A stretch of DNA of 64,000 nt from Candidatus Hatepunaea meridiana (lineage in GTDB: Bacteria > Electryoneota > AABM5-125-24 > Hatepunaeales > Hatepunaeaceae), in NCBI GenBank assembly GCA_030765125.1, contig JAVCDD010000015.1, forward strand, positions 2,939 to 66,938, written 5' to 3'. A program made the translations under genes and the position numbers. The notes beneath the pieces were generated by a model. It was not told the origin of the DNA. It searched no databases and worked only from the letters and a program-made list of their open reading frames with translations. Shown one piece after another: positions 1-9,320 of this stretch; positions within the stretch are counted from its first letter, which is position 1, and each line of letters opens with the position of its first letter.

Positions 1-1030
1 ATTGGAAATTACGATCTGAGCAATGTGCTGTTCCTCATCCACCCCGCAGATCACTGCCCCTTCATCGCCATAGAGCAGTTCACCATCAGAGTTTACACGT
101 TGAGTATAGATATCTTTATTGCTCCTGCCAAAATCCCTATAATTAACCCATACGACAAATGCACCGCCACTCCTGTCTGAACAGATTTTAGGTAATTCTT
201 GATATTCTCGATTATTGCAGACGATTATGCCATCACCCCAGAGAAGTTCTCCTTCTTCGGTGACACGCTGCACCCATACATTGTAGTCATCATCGTCTCT
301 GCCATCCTGCCAACAGACGATCATTCCACCGTCACCGTCTGAGCATAAGTTTTGTTGACGTTGACCTCCTACAGCTCTGACGATAGGGATACCGTTCTCT
401 TCCCAGTTGCGATCCATTACTCCATCACCGGTAACGTGCATTCCATAGATATCACCCATGTCACCTCTTCGCCCATCCCTCCAGATAATGAAGCAGCCAT
501 TGTTTGAATCTTCGAGTACACGAATATCGTCGGATCTGCAGTGTTGTACAGCACAAACGGGAACACCGCGTTGATTTTCACCCCAGAGTCGTTCGCCTCT
601 CGAATTGATCTTTGTACAGTGAATGCTGCCATCTATCTCAACACTGAAATTCTCGCTGAAATCCTCCCAGGCAACGAACCAGCCGCCGTCGGAACAGGCG
701 CAAACGACGGGATTAACCTGCGCTCTGGTTGTATCAGCGACCAGGATGCCGTTTTCCCCGAATTTGAGTTCGCCGTCGGTATCGATGACCTGCATATAAA
801 TCCCATAGTCCCCGCTACGGCAGTCCGCCCAAACGAGAGCCACCTCCCCCGCGAGTTCCCCTTCAATACGGCTGGCGCCGGATCGAAACCATTCCGTATG
901 CCATCCCTGACGCACAGCGATCCCATTTTCAGGCGACCATCGGCGGAAGTTATCTTGAGTGAATGCGATAGAGGGAAGAAGGATTGATAAGACGAGAATT
1001 AAATTGAGGTTTTTTACAAATCTTGACATA
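1..1030 (-). CDS. secreted tandem-repeat protein (beta-propeller-like repeats), 3'-truncated by window edge
   Basis: Manual minus-strand translation from the ATG at 1028-1030 runs uninterrupted to position 1. It begins with signal peptide MSRFVKNLNLILVLSILLPSIAF, then ~55-aa repeats with recurring W-x-D-x-R-x-G-D...DIY...QRV and CSDG-GG motifs. It is absent from the ORF track because no stop lies inside the window. Confidence 0.5.
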
Positions 1031-1141
1031 ACGAAAATCTCCTTTATACAACGATTTGTTATTCAGCAGCGAAGGCGTCTCTGCCTGTGGGATTGAGCAA
1101 GTTACAAGTAATCACAACATTACAACATTACAACATAATCT

Positions 1142-1611
1142 CTATGATTTAAACACCTTTGTCAACTTCAGAAACATCCCTTTACCGACCATTTTATCCG
1201 CTGCACACATTAGGCGCTTGACAATCTCCAGAATGTCCCCTTCCCCAGCCCAATTACGCTGGACAACTTCAGGAGCAACATTGTTCATGAGGTTAAATAT
1301 AATAAACAAATATGTTAATGTCAAGTTCTTATTTAAGCGCTTATGGGGATTAAGCCCGTCAGAAAATTTATTGGTGAAGTAAAGTAAGCGATAGCTATGA
1401 GCAATTGGGCTTTATGTCTGGGGGGTACGTCTTTGTCAAGAGACAACTTCACAAAGAGATGAAAAAGATCAGGGGCTAATACAGCGAGTTCTATCCATTT
1501 ATGATCGGCATATTTTTTACCTCGGAAGCCTTTGATGCGGTTTCTTAGTTTTTGGTAGAAATCTCGTTGCTGTGAGGGAATTTCTTTGGATATTGACTCA
1601 TTGAGGGGCAT
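1142..1611 (-). pseudogene. disrupted DUF1232 (YkvA-like) paralog; frameshift splits it into ORFs 1333..1611 and 1142..1324
   Basis: The 92-aa ORF matches the N-terminus of the 2155..2652 protein (SKEIPSQQRDFYQKLRNRIKG...WIELAVLAPDLFHLFVKLSLDKD). The 60-aa ORF matches its C-terminus (NNVAPEVVQRNWAGEGDILEIVKRLMCAADKMVGKG), in a different frame. Confidence 0.5.
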
Positions 1612-1894
1612 CTGTCTTCTCTAATTAAGGTCTACTGAAAAACTCCAATGTTTAATAATAATTTCCTCATTTTGTCATTCCTTTGGAAGTAAATTTCAAG
1701 GATGCTATTACCGGAGTGTCGAAGCTTGCTTCGGCAATGTTCAAGCAAGCTTGAGCACTCCGATTTTCATGCTCCGTGGTGTAGGACGTAACATGAATAT
1801 TCCAGCGAAATAAGCTGATCGAGAATGACCAATCAGTAGCGTCAGGCGGGAACGCCTGACGGTTAATTGTACTGACAAATAAGGTTGTCATAAA

Positions 1895-1992
1895 CTCTAA
1901 CCCGCTGACAGACGCCTCCGTCTGACAGTTAAGTGCATGCTATAACTATATATTGCTGTCAGACGGGGGAGTCTGACAACGGGTTGATTTAT
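1895..1992. repeat. GTCAGACG-type double-hairpin element
   Basis: cccgctgacagacgcctccgtctgacagttaag ... gctgtcagacgggggagtctgacaacgggtt; homologous to the insert at 23113..23192. Confidence 0.5.
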
Positions 1993-2154
1993 GTGCTAAC
2001 CTATCGTGTCTGTACAGTCAATATATAGATATCTATCAACATAAACGACAGGCAGGGGGCCTGTCGCTCCCGGTTTCCTGTTTTGGACATCCTGTTTCAT
2101 TGATATGACAGAAGATGATCAAAATTCCAGTAAATCGGGATTCTTGCAGTAGAC

Positions 2155-2652
2155 CTAATTAGTTTCAGGTACTTTGGTATCAGTCTTCGTCTTTAATAAA
2201 TTAACCAACCTTCGGTATAATCCTTCACCGACCATTTTATCAGCATCATTCATCAGCTTCTTGATAAGCTCCAGGATATCATCTTCACCTGCCCAATTTC
2301 GCTGTATAACTTCAGGCTCAACGTTGTTCAAGAGGTCATTCAAGACATAAGCCGCGACAACGATGTCGTCGAGTAAACCTACAATGGGGATGAAATCCGG
2401 TATTAAGTCTATTGGGGAAGCAAAGTAGGTGATAGCAAAGGCTAATTTTACCTTCTTTTTAGTTGGTATGTCCTTGTCAAGAGATAACTTAACTAAAAGA
2501 TGAAAAAGGTCGGGAGCTAAAACAACGTATTCTATCCACTTATTATCCGAATGTTTTCCGCTTTTCCAACCTTTAATGCGGTTTCTTAGTTTATGATAGA
2601 AATCGCGTTTTTGTACTGGGATTTCTCTGGTTTTTAATTCTTCTTCAAACAT
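2155..2652 (-). CDS. DUF1232 (YkvA-like) family membrane protein
   Basis: 165-aa ORF with the DUF1232 signature FASPIDLIPDFIPIVGLLDD; intact tandem paralog of the disrupted copy at 1142..1611. Confidence 0.6.
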   Translation of the reverse strand: MFEEELKTREIPVQKRDFYHKLRNRIKGWKSGKHSDNKWIEYVVLAPDLFHLLVKLSLDKDIPTKKKVKLAFAITYFASPIDLIPDFIPIVGLLDDIVVAAYVLNDLLNNVEPEVIQRNWAGEDDILELIKKLMNDADKMVGEGLYRRLVNLLKTKTDTKVPETN

Positions 2653-2764
2653 AATACTGAGTAGTTCCTATTATTTAGAGGGCAGAGACACTTTCCCTGC
2701 TCGTGATATTACCTGACGTTTTAATGTGTTGTCGGGCGCCATCACCCGACAACACAACCATTCA

Positions 2765-3706
2765 TCAAGTCCGCTCATCCACTTCAACAACCGCAGTCTT
2801 AACGGCTTTCAGTGAATTATCCAGCAGCGCTTGTTCGTCGCCGGTCAGCTTGACTTCAACTATTTTCTCTACACCGCCAGCGCCGATGACAACCGGTACG
2901 CCGAGGTAGTAACCATCGATGCCATACTCGCCTTCAAGATAAGCTGCCGCCGTAAGGACGCTTTTCTTGTCTAACAGGTAAGCCTCCGCCATCATAAGCG
3001 ATGAAGCTGCCGGTGAGAAGAAGGCTGAGCCGTTGCCGAGCAGTTTGACGATCTCGGTGCCTGCCTCGCGAGTGCGAGTAACGATAGCGTCAATCTTCTC
3101 TTGTGACATTACTTCGTTCAAGGGAATACCGCCAACCGTGCACAGCCTGGGCAGCGGAACCATTGTCGGACCGTGTCCGCCGAGCACCGTCGCTGCGACG
3201 TCTTCAACTGAAACGTCCAGTTCCATTGCCACGAATGAACGGAAGCGAGATGTGTCCAGCACTCCAGCCATACCGCATACCATATTCTTTGAAAACCCAG
3301 TGATCTTCTTAAAGCCATAGACCATCGAATCCAGTGGGTTGGTAACGATAATGCAGAAGGCGTCGGGGCAATATTTCTTTACATTATTTGCAACGTTGCT
3401 GATGATCTTGACGTTGACGTCGAGCAGATCGTCGCGGGTCATACCCGGTTTGCGGGGCAGCCCAGCAGTAACGATAACTACGTCCGAACCTGCGATGTCC
3501 GCATAGTCAGATGTGCCGGTTAGTTTAGCGTCATAACCGCCAACAGCCTGCGACTCAGCGATGTCCAGCATCTTGCCCTTGACCATTCCCTCCATTTCGG
3601 GAATATCAAGCATTACTACGTCGCCTAATTGTTTCTGAGCACACATCAGCGCTTGAATGCCGCCAATTTGACCGCCGCCGATTAGTGTGATTTTCTTTCT
3701 TGCCAT
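2765..3706 (-). CDS. mdh: malate dehydrogenase (LDH-like NAD-dependent MDH)
   Basis: 313 aa with Rossmann motif [12 protein letters not shown]. Substrate-specificity loop [14 protein letters not shown] carries Arg, not Gln, which indicates MDH rather than LDH. LDH/MDH catalytic His region present. Confidence 0.9.
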   Translation of the reverse strand: MARKKITLIGGGQIGGIQALMCAQKQLGDVVMLDIPEMEGMVKGKMLDIAESQAVGGYDAKLTGTSDYADIAGSDVVIVTAGLPRKPGMTRDDLLDVNVKIISNVANNVKKYCPDAFCIIVTNPLDSMVYGFKKITGFSKNMVCGMAGVLDTSRFRSFVAMELDVSVEDVAATVLGGHGPTMVPLPRLCTVGGIPLNEVMSQEKIDAIVTRTREAGTEIVKLLGNGSAFFSPAASSLMMAEAYLLDKKSVLTAAAYLEGEYGIDGYYLGVPVVIGAGGVEKIVEVKLTGDEQALLDNSLKAVKTAVVEVDERT

Positions 3707-3904
3707 TTTTTCTCCAGTTTTGTAAGAATTAAATTAATTGTTGTTTGATTGTTTGATTGCCGTATTGTTAAGCGCAGTATCTATTTATACGCCTTGCTTC
3801 GGTGACAAACACTATAAATAGTAACTATCTGTTCCTTTGAATTAATTGTATAAATAACCCGCCAGTTACCAACACGAAGACGATAGCCTGCCCCTATTTT
3901 AAGC

Positions 3905-4036
3905 TTAATTGCTCCAACTAGGAAAGGGATTGTTTTTCAACTCAACGATTTTACGGTCAACCTGTTGAATAACTTTATCGGTAAATTTTCGCATCTCGCG
4001 CTGGGCGCGAGGAGTAAATCTTACAATCCACCTCAA
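3905..4036 (-). pseudogene. truncated RelE/ParE-family toxin (N-terminal 43 codons only)
   Basis: A TTG start overlaps the stop of the upstream antitoxin ORF. Translation is LRWIVRFTPRAQREMRKFTDKVIQQVDRKIVELKNNPFPSWSN*, a typical RelE/ParE N-terminus that stops prematurely. Confidence 0.5.
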
Positions 4037-4239
4037 ACGGGACGACCTTCCTTGCGCAGTTCTTGTATAAGTGTATCGTAATCTATCGTTGGTTCACCTT
4101 GTTGAGAAGCGATAATCATTGCGTCTTCCAGATCTTCAAAAAGCGAATCATCGCCTAATAATTGACGAATCAGGTCATTCTTTTCCGGTTCTTCTAATTT
4201 CTTAACTATTCTCATTATGTCTTTTACTCGTTGAGTCAT
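4033..4239 (-). CDS. putative addiction-module antitoxin component (TIGR02574-like small protein)
   Basis: 68-aa acidic protein (KKLEEPEKNDLIRQLLGDDSLFEDLED) immediately upstream of the toxin fragment, with start/stop overlap. Confidence 0.45.
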   Translation of the reverse strand: MTQRVKDIMRIVKKLEEPEKNDLIRQLLGDDSLFEDLEDAMIIASQQGEPTIDYDTLIQELRKEGRPV

Positions 4240-4330
4240 TATTTACTCCATTGAATGGTGTTAACCGAAGTTAGAGCATCCTTCAGCCTCAAATAAGCGA
4301 TGTTATAACGGGGATCGTAAGATAATTCCA

Positions 4331-4540
4331 TTAGATTGACTTTCCTGACTGGTATTGCGAAATTAGCCTGCGAACTCTTGGAACCAGTTCATTAGGAATA
4401 TCTAACATACAAAAGCCATCGTGTTCATAAGCAGCTTCATCTTCGGCTACCGCTTCTTCTTCTGTTTGATTCTCGTAGTGAGATAGAACGCGGCGGACTC
4501 GATCTTCATCCCAACCGGGAGGGAATTTATTTTGTTTCAT
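4331..4540 (-). CDS. small conserved hypothetical protein (possible antitoxin-like)
   Basis: 69-aa ORF FPPGWDEDRVRRVLSHYENQTEEEAVAEDEAAYE; third small gene in the same minus-strand TA-like string. Confidence 0.35.
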   Translation of the reverse strand: MKQNKFPPGWDEDRVRRVLSHYENQTEEEAVAEDEAAYEHDGFCMLDIPNELVPRVRRLISQYQSGKSI

Positions 4541-4582
4541 TATTTTCTTCTTCGCCTCCGTCTTTTAAAGGCTAAGAACAAG

Positions 4583-5314
4583 TTAATCAGCAGGAGTAAG
4601 CCTCACATCAGGCACATCCATGTCTTCCCACCAGAGATTAGTAAGTTTGTTCCGTACAACTATTGAGTCCGTAAAACCCAATCTCCACATATAACTGTCG
4701 GACTTTGTAGGTACATCATAGACCACAACACACCTTGTCCACTCATTGGCACTGGCAAAAGTAGGCCAAGACGGATGGAGACTCTTCATAAATTGAGTGG
4801 GCTTATCAGCAGGGCTGCAATCCGACCAAGCTGGGTACTTGGGATCAGCCCTGAAAGGTCGACCTCCTGTGGATTTGAGGATGTCTGCATCAGTAACTCC
4901 TAATCTATGCAGATTGTCAAGTGACTCGTTGTAAGCATTAACCCTTTCAATATAACGCTTCTCAAGAATATTAGCCGCCTCATCGGAGCACTCATACTCC
5001 CGACCCTGCGAGTCCACCACATGCCAGGTCCAACCAGTAGTAACTAATGCCTTGTCTTTTGAATTATGAATTGCGTGGTAAACCACAAGAAACACACCCT
5101 CTGGAAAGACATTCTCCACTATTATTCCACGGTCAACCACCAAAGAGGTAACAAACTCGCAACCATAAACCTTATAGGTTAAAGAGCCAACGGACACCTC
5201 ATCATAGAGTCCCATTGTAAGTGTATCTTCTGCACCAGAAGTCGAGACAAGAAACAGAGTTACCAAGAACAGAATCATTCGGTACTTCATTCTTATCTCC
5301 TTACTGTAAATCAT
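4583..5314 (-). CDS. secreted hypothetical protein
   Basis: 243-aa ORF with N-terminal signal peptide (MKYRMILFLVTLFLVSTSGA); no recognisable catalytic motif. Confidence 0.5.
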   Translation of the reverse strand: MIYSKEIRMKYRMILFLVTLFLVSTSGAEDTLTMGLYDEVSVGSLTYKVYGCEFVTSLVVDRGIIVENVFPEGVFLVVYHAIHNSKDKALVTTGWTWHVVDSQGREYECSDEAANILEKRYIERVNAYNESLDNLHRLGVTDADILKSTGGRPFRADPKYPAWSDCSPADKPTQFMKSLHPSWPTFASANEWTRCVVVYDVPTKSDSYMWRLGFTDSIVVRNKLTNLWWEDMDVPDVRLTPAD

Positions 5315-5966
5315 GTGGATAAGAGCTGTATCTTCCTCCTGCTAAAATCAGTTCTTCATAGAACGGCATAAGCTTATTGAATACCCTTCGGTAATCTTTG
5401 GGTGTCTTTGTAATAGCCTCACTGATGTTCCAAAGTTTACCAATGAAAATGAATACAGGTTTACTATCTGGAGGAATTATGAATGTCTCTAAATCGATAT
5501 CTTCATTATACTTATGTTGAAATTGAGTTACAAAACCATTCTCTTTAACACAATTATAAAATGCATCCCTAAATGGCAATGGTGGTCTGATACAAAGAAA
5601 TGTCTGTAGTACTTGAAAAGCGGGAGGTTTTGGATTTACCTGTCTGCCTATCTGAAAGCCAAGTCCCACTCTTATAAATTCTGACCACATACCAATATTT
5701 AACTGAACTTGGTTCTGGTCTCCTCCAACATTAAATAAAAACCAATGTTTAGAAGAACCTCTGGGATGACCAAAAACCAGATCGTCTCTACTTCTCATTT
5801 TTTTTCTTACTATATGCTTCTCGAAATATTCTAGTTTAAATTCAGTAAAATTATCAAGTTCATTTCTGAGTTCGTTGATCTTATTTTCTAGTGGTTTAGG
5901 AATAGGTTTTTTCTTTTCCTGTTCCATTAATTCAAAATCTTCCTTGGTAAATGGTGAAAATGCCAT
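5301..5966 (-). CDS. hypothetical protein
   Basis: 221-aa ORF with a 14-nt overlap onto the downstream secreted protein gene; no recognisable motif. Confidence 0.45.
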   Translation of the reverse strand: MAFSPFTKEDFELMEQEKKKPIPKPLENKINELRNELDNFTEFKLEYFEKHIVRKKMRSRDDLVFGHPRGSSKHWFLFNVGGDQNQVQLNIGMWSEFIRVGLGFQIGRQVNPKPPAFQVLQTFLCIRPPLPFRDAFYNCVKENGFVTQFQHKYNEDIDLETFIIPPDSKPVFIFIGKLWNISEAITKTPKDYRRVFNKLMPFYEELILAGGRYSSYPHDLQ

Positions 5967-6027
5967 TTTAACCTCCTATATATGTGAGTGTTAATGTGTG
6001 ATTATTACGATTTATTAAAATTTGTTT

Positions 6028-6267
6028 TCAATTTCCTGTTACAAACTCCACTACCTCAACCTCCCGCCTAACCGCAAATTCCCTACGATGTTGCATAATC
6101 CGGTCAATCTGATGCACCGTTTCTGCGGTCAGATAACTTTCGCTGCAGTTTGGGCAAGAGATTATCGGGACATTCTCTATCACAAGCAGATCTTCTCCCT
6201 CGTCATAAGTACGGGTTATATGGTGGATGCGAACGCGCTCTCTATCGCAATTATCGCATATCATCAA
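6028..6267 (-). CDS. YgiT-type (MqsA N-terminal-like) zinc-ribbon protein
   Basis: 79 aa with CDNC...CPNC (C-x2-C ... C-x2-C) spacing typical of the YgiT/MqsA zinc-binding domain; no HTH. Confidence 0.55.
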   Translation of the reverse strand: MMICDNCDRERVRIHHITRTYDEGEDLLVIENVPIISCPNCSESYLTAETVHQIDRIMQHRREFAVRREVEVVEFVTGN

Positions 6268-6291
6268 TCATATCCTCTTCAGTTTTCCGCT

Positions 6292-6762
6292 TTATCTTTC
6301 TAATTGAACAATACCGGCTTGATAGTCGCACACAAAGCGAAACTGGTTGATCAAATCACGTCCCAACACAGATGGGAGTCTGATAATGCGCGCAACTTCA
6401 TCGGGGGGCAGCCTATCTAAATCATGTTGTACAACCCATATATCTTGTCTAAAAACAACATTGCTTTCATTTGAAGCAAATTTGATGTCTACATTTTGCA
6501 ATTGAAATGATCGAACACTTCCTCCAATGCCAACAATAGGCAGAGAGGATGGCTTGAGTAACTCAACCGGAATATCCAATAGCCTGACATCACGATCCAA
6601 AAGGGTTGTACGAGATGCTCCTGTGTCTGCAAGAAGCCAAACTAATCCTTGAAAACCGGTGGAATTGAGATAAATAGCTAAATATGGTGCATTGCCAATA
6701 AAACGCCCCTGAATGATCACAGCACCATCTCTATAGGTTCTCGAGTAATATATTCGACACAC
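6292..6762 (-). CDS. retropepsin-like (clan AA) aspartic protease domain protein
   Basis: 156 aa with the active-site motif LLADTGASRTTLL (D-T-G-A). Size matches bacterial/archaeal standalone retropepsin families. Confidence 0.6.
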   Translation of the reverse strand: MCRIYYSRTYRDGAVIIQGRFIGNAPYLAIYLNSTGFQGLVWLLADTGASRTTLLDRDVRLLDIPVELLKPSSLPIVGIGGSVRSFQLQNVDIKFASNESNVVFRQDIWVVQHDLDRLPPDEVARIIRLPSVLGRDLINQFRFVCDYQAGIVQLER

Positions 6763-7022
6763 GTATGCGGTGGGTCTGGTAATTTGGACATCAGCCCTTC
6801 CAGATCCGGATCGCTGGCGATAATTTTACAATTCTTAACCGCAATCCACTGATCAGAATATTGCTCTAATAGGGTTTCTAAGTTATCGCTGATCCATAAG
6901 TGATCGGAACTAAATGTAAGCAATTCATCATTTAATGTCTCATTCAAGTTTACCTCCAAAGTTGAATTCCTAATTTTTCCCTTTACAAAAGCCATCTCCT
7001 TCTCCGCATTATCCAAAGACAA
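6717..7022 (-). CDS. hypothetical protein (overlaps protease gene by 46 nt)
   Basis: 101-aa ORF with no known motif; linked in an operon to the retropepsin and nucleotidyltransferase genes. Confidence 0.4.
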   Translation of the reverse strand: MSLDNAEKEMAFVKGKIRNSTLEVNLNETLNDELLTFSSDHLWISDNLETLLEQYSDQWIAVKNCKIIASDPDLEGLMSKLPDPPHTCVEYITREPIEMVL

Positions 7023-7314
7023 CTACACCATTTTCAGTGATCTCACGGGCTAAAGTAGTGGCAATAGGCTTAAACCGCTCAAGTTCTTCAGAAGTTAAGA
7101 TAAAAACATCCAATGACAACATAGAACTCATAAATAGCCTGTATATATCTAACTCTACGTCGCCTTTAGATTTATCACCGTCGTAAATAATCGCTAAGTC
7201 ATAATCGCTATCCAGTCGTGCATCACCCCGTGCCCTCGATCCGAATAGAAATATCTTAACCGGATTGATATATGCGGTTATCTTTTTAACTATTTCAGCA
7301 AGTTGAGGATCCAA
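7009..7314 (-). CDS. minimal nucleotidyltransferase (MNT-type antitoxin-like)
   Basis: 101 aa with FGSRARGDARLDSDYDLAII, the GS-x9-13-D-x-D pol-beta nucleotidyltransferase motif. Confidence 0.6.
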   Translation of the reverse strand: MDPQLAEIVKKITAYINPVKIFLFGSRARGDARLDSDYDLAIIYDGDKSKGDVELDIYRLFMSSMLSLDVFILTSEELERFKPIATTLAREITENGVVVFG

Positions 7315-7485
7315 TTTGCTTTCCTTCGATATTCTGATGCTATTTAACGTAAAAAAAGGACATAGTTATCCGCAATCACTTGAAAATCAATTCAAGGATA
7401 GTAGAATATTGGTTAACAGGCAGGAGCGTCTATCCTACTGATAAACGACAAACAGGAATGTCTGTCCTACCGTACAGGATTAAAC

Positions 7486-7995
7486 CTATTTCTCAGCCTT
7501 TAAAACAATCGTTCCGGCTAACTTATCATGCCAGGCTTGTGAATTCTTATCGAATAAAGCCCACCAATAGCCCAATGACAGGAAGAGCATACTTATAATT
7601 CTTCCGACAATCTCGCGTAGAATCATTTTACCGAGTCCCGGATTTTCTCCTGTTTGATAGTTGACAACGTGAAGACCTAAAATCCTTTTACCGGGAGTTA
7701 CTCCTTCTTTTAAAAGTGTAAGGAACCAAATAAGATATAATATGGGAAGTACGACCGCGGCAGTTATACCCATAATAGCGCCCAATTTATCAGAGATTAT
7801 CGAGAAGATACCTCCGATTATCCCTGTACCAATAAAGACAAGAATAACTGCAATAAGCGGATCAATAAGCAACGCTATAAAGCGTGCGAAAAAACCAGCC
7901 TTTTTCCCTTTTTCCGGCACTGGAATGAAAACATTGCACCACGAGCACAAAACTGAATCGGGTGCAACCTCTTTTTCACAACTTGGACAATTCAA
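7486..7995 (-). CDS. RDD-family membrane protein with N-terminal zinc ribbon
   Basis: 169 aa with CPSC...CSWC followed by transmembrane segments and RDD-family conserved residues (GKRILGLHVV ... WHDKLAGTIVLK). Confidence 0.6.
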   Translation of the reverse strand: MNCPSCEKEVAPDSVLCSWCNVFIPVPEKGKKAGFFARFIALLIDPLIAVILVFIGTGIIGGIFSIISDKLGAIMGITAAVVLPILYLIWFLTLLKEGVTPGKRILGLHVVNYQTGENPGLGKMILREIVGRIISMLFLSLGYWWALFDKNSQAWHDKLAGTIVLKAEK

Positions 7996-8110
7996 TTGTC
8001 CTCCTGTTTTTGGTGATGATTATTTGTTTTTAATTTTTGTTATAAGTAAATATGATGGGTAAATCTATTAATTTAGGCTTTAGGCTTCGAGATCGTAGAG
8101 ATATAATTCC

Positions 8111-8413
8111 TCACTGCGCATAAATCACCCTTGAGCTGTTGATGACGCTATCACGTATAATTGGCTTAAGACCATCTTTAACAACGAGATCAACTTTTCG
8201 TTTTAATAGATCACTAAGTGCATTTTGCATACCGGTCAGTTCAAAAAAACCTATTGATGCATCCTCCTCGAATTGAACAAGAAAGTCCACGTCGCTATCA
8301 GTGCGGAAGTCATCCCTAAGAACTGATCCGAATAGAGCCAGCTCGCGAACATAGTACTCTTGGCAGAGGCGTCTGATTGCTTTCATTGGTAGTTTTAGAT
8401 TAGGTATAATCAT
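8111..8413 (-). CDS. minimal nucleotidyltransferase (MNT-type)
   Basis: 100 aa with LFGSVLRDDFRTDSDVDFLV, the GS...D-x-D nucleotidyltransferase motif. Confidence 0.6.
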   Translation of the reverse strand: MIIPNLKLPMKAIRRLCQEYYVRELALFGSVLRDDFRTDSDVDFLVQFEEDASIGFFELTGMQNALSDLLKRKVDLVVKDGLKPIIRDSVINSSRVIYAQ

Positions 8414-8426
8414 GATAAATTCATAG

Positions 8427-8636
8427 CTTACAGGCGTTTACGCTCGATTTCCTCAACAGCTTGATTAAAAGGAATAACTTCATCATCTGAAGCCTTTGCT
8501 TCATCATAAGCACGAATATCTTCCTGCTCTTCAAGTTCTTCAATAAGTTGTAGAAAGTCATCTATATCGAGCTGAACACTGATACGTTTACCGCTTTCAT
8601 CGACTACATATTGAGTTTTAAAAGTGTGCGTTTTTA
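8427..8636 (-). pseudogene. Phd/YefM-like antitoxin remnant lacking a start codon
   Basis: The frame reads [71 protein letters not shown]. An in-frame TAA lies immediately upstream and no ATG/GTG/TTG start is available. It abuts the rpmA stop. Confidence 0.3.
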
Positions 8637-8888
8637 CTACTCGTTATAAACACTAACCGCCTGCCGTCCCCGAAAGCGCTCAAACTTGACCTTGCCGTCA
8701 ATCAGTGCAAAGAGTGTGTGATCCCTTCCGCAGCCTACATTGCGACCCGGATGATGCCTGGTGCCGCGCTGGCGAAGGATGATCGTTCCGGTTCTGACGG
8801 CTTGACCACCGTAACGTTTAACGCCTAACATTTTGGGTTTTGAATCACGCCCGTTGCGAGAACTGCCGCCGCCTTTTTTATGAGCCAT
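8637..8888 (-). CDS. rpmA: 50S ribosomal protein L27
   Basis: 83 aa; [17 protein letters not shown]-terminus is diagnostic of L27. Confidence 0.95.
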   Translation of the reverse strand: MAHKKGGGSSRNGRDSKPKMLGVKRYGGQAVRTGTIILRQRGTRHHPGRNVGCGRDHTLFALIDGKVKFERFRGRQAVSVYNE

Positions 8889-8891
8889 TTT

Positions 8892-9206
8892 CTATTCCCC
8901 TTTATCTATTGATTTAACTTTAACTAAGGAGTATTGCTGGCGGTGTCCGAGCTTCCTGCGCATCCCACCGCGTCGCTTGAACACTCGCGAGATTACCTTG
9001 CGATGGCGACCATGCTCGATTACCTCGAGTTTAACCTGATATGGTACACGAGGCGTGCCGATCTCGGTATTTTCACCTTCGGCATACATTATCACATCGG
9101 TGATCGTTACATCGTCACCAGGTTCAGCCTTTAGTTTGTCGACTTTTATTTCTTCATCCGGAGAAGCACAATACTGTCTCCCCAGGATTTTTACGATTGC
9201 ATACAT
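8892..9206 (-). CDS. rplU: 50S ribosomal protein L21
   Basis: 104 aa; MYAIVKILGRQY start; conserved rplU-rpmA order. Confidence 0.95.
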   Translation of the reverse strand: MYAIVKILGRQYCASPDEEIKVDKLKAEPGDDVTITDVIMYAEGENTEIGTPRVPYQVKLEVIEHGRHRKVISRVFKRRGGMRRKLGHRQQYSLVKVKSIDKGE

Positions 9207-9320
9207 TTTATAAATCCTTTATAATTTAGTAAAGCTATGTAATATAGTGTTATTTTCATAACTAAGTCAAGGTTGTTGGTTTTATGCTTTGGTTTAATGA
9301 ATATTATTCACTTTAAAATT

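Noticed and set aside
541-987. Plus-strand 148-aa ORF and minus-strand ORFs 417..632 and 633..926
   Set aside because: Manual translation shows a single continuous minus-strand reading frame from 1030 to 1, with signal peptide and repeats; these ORFs are alternative-frame artefacts.
6292-6762. Retropepsin-like protease as evidence of a retrotransposon or retrovirus-like element
   Set aside because: No reverse transcriptase, integrase, LTRs or gag-like genes are nearby. Standalone bacterial clan-AA proteases are known.
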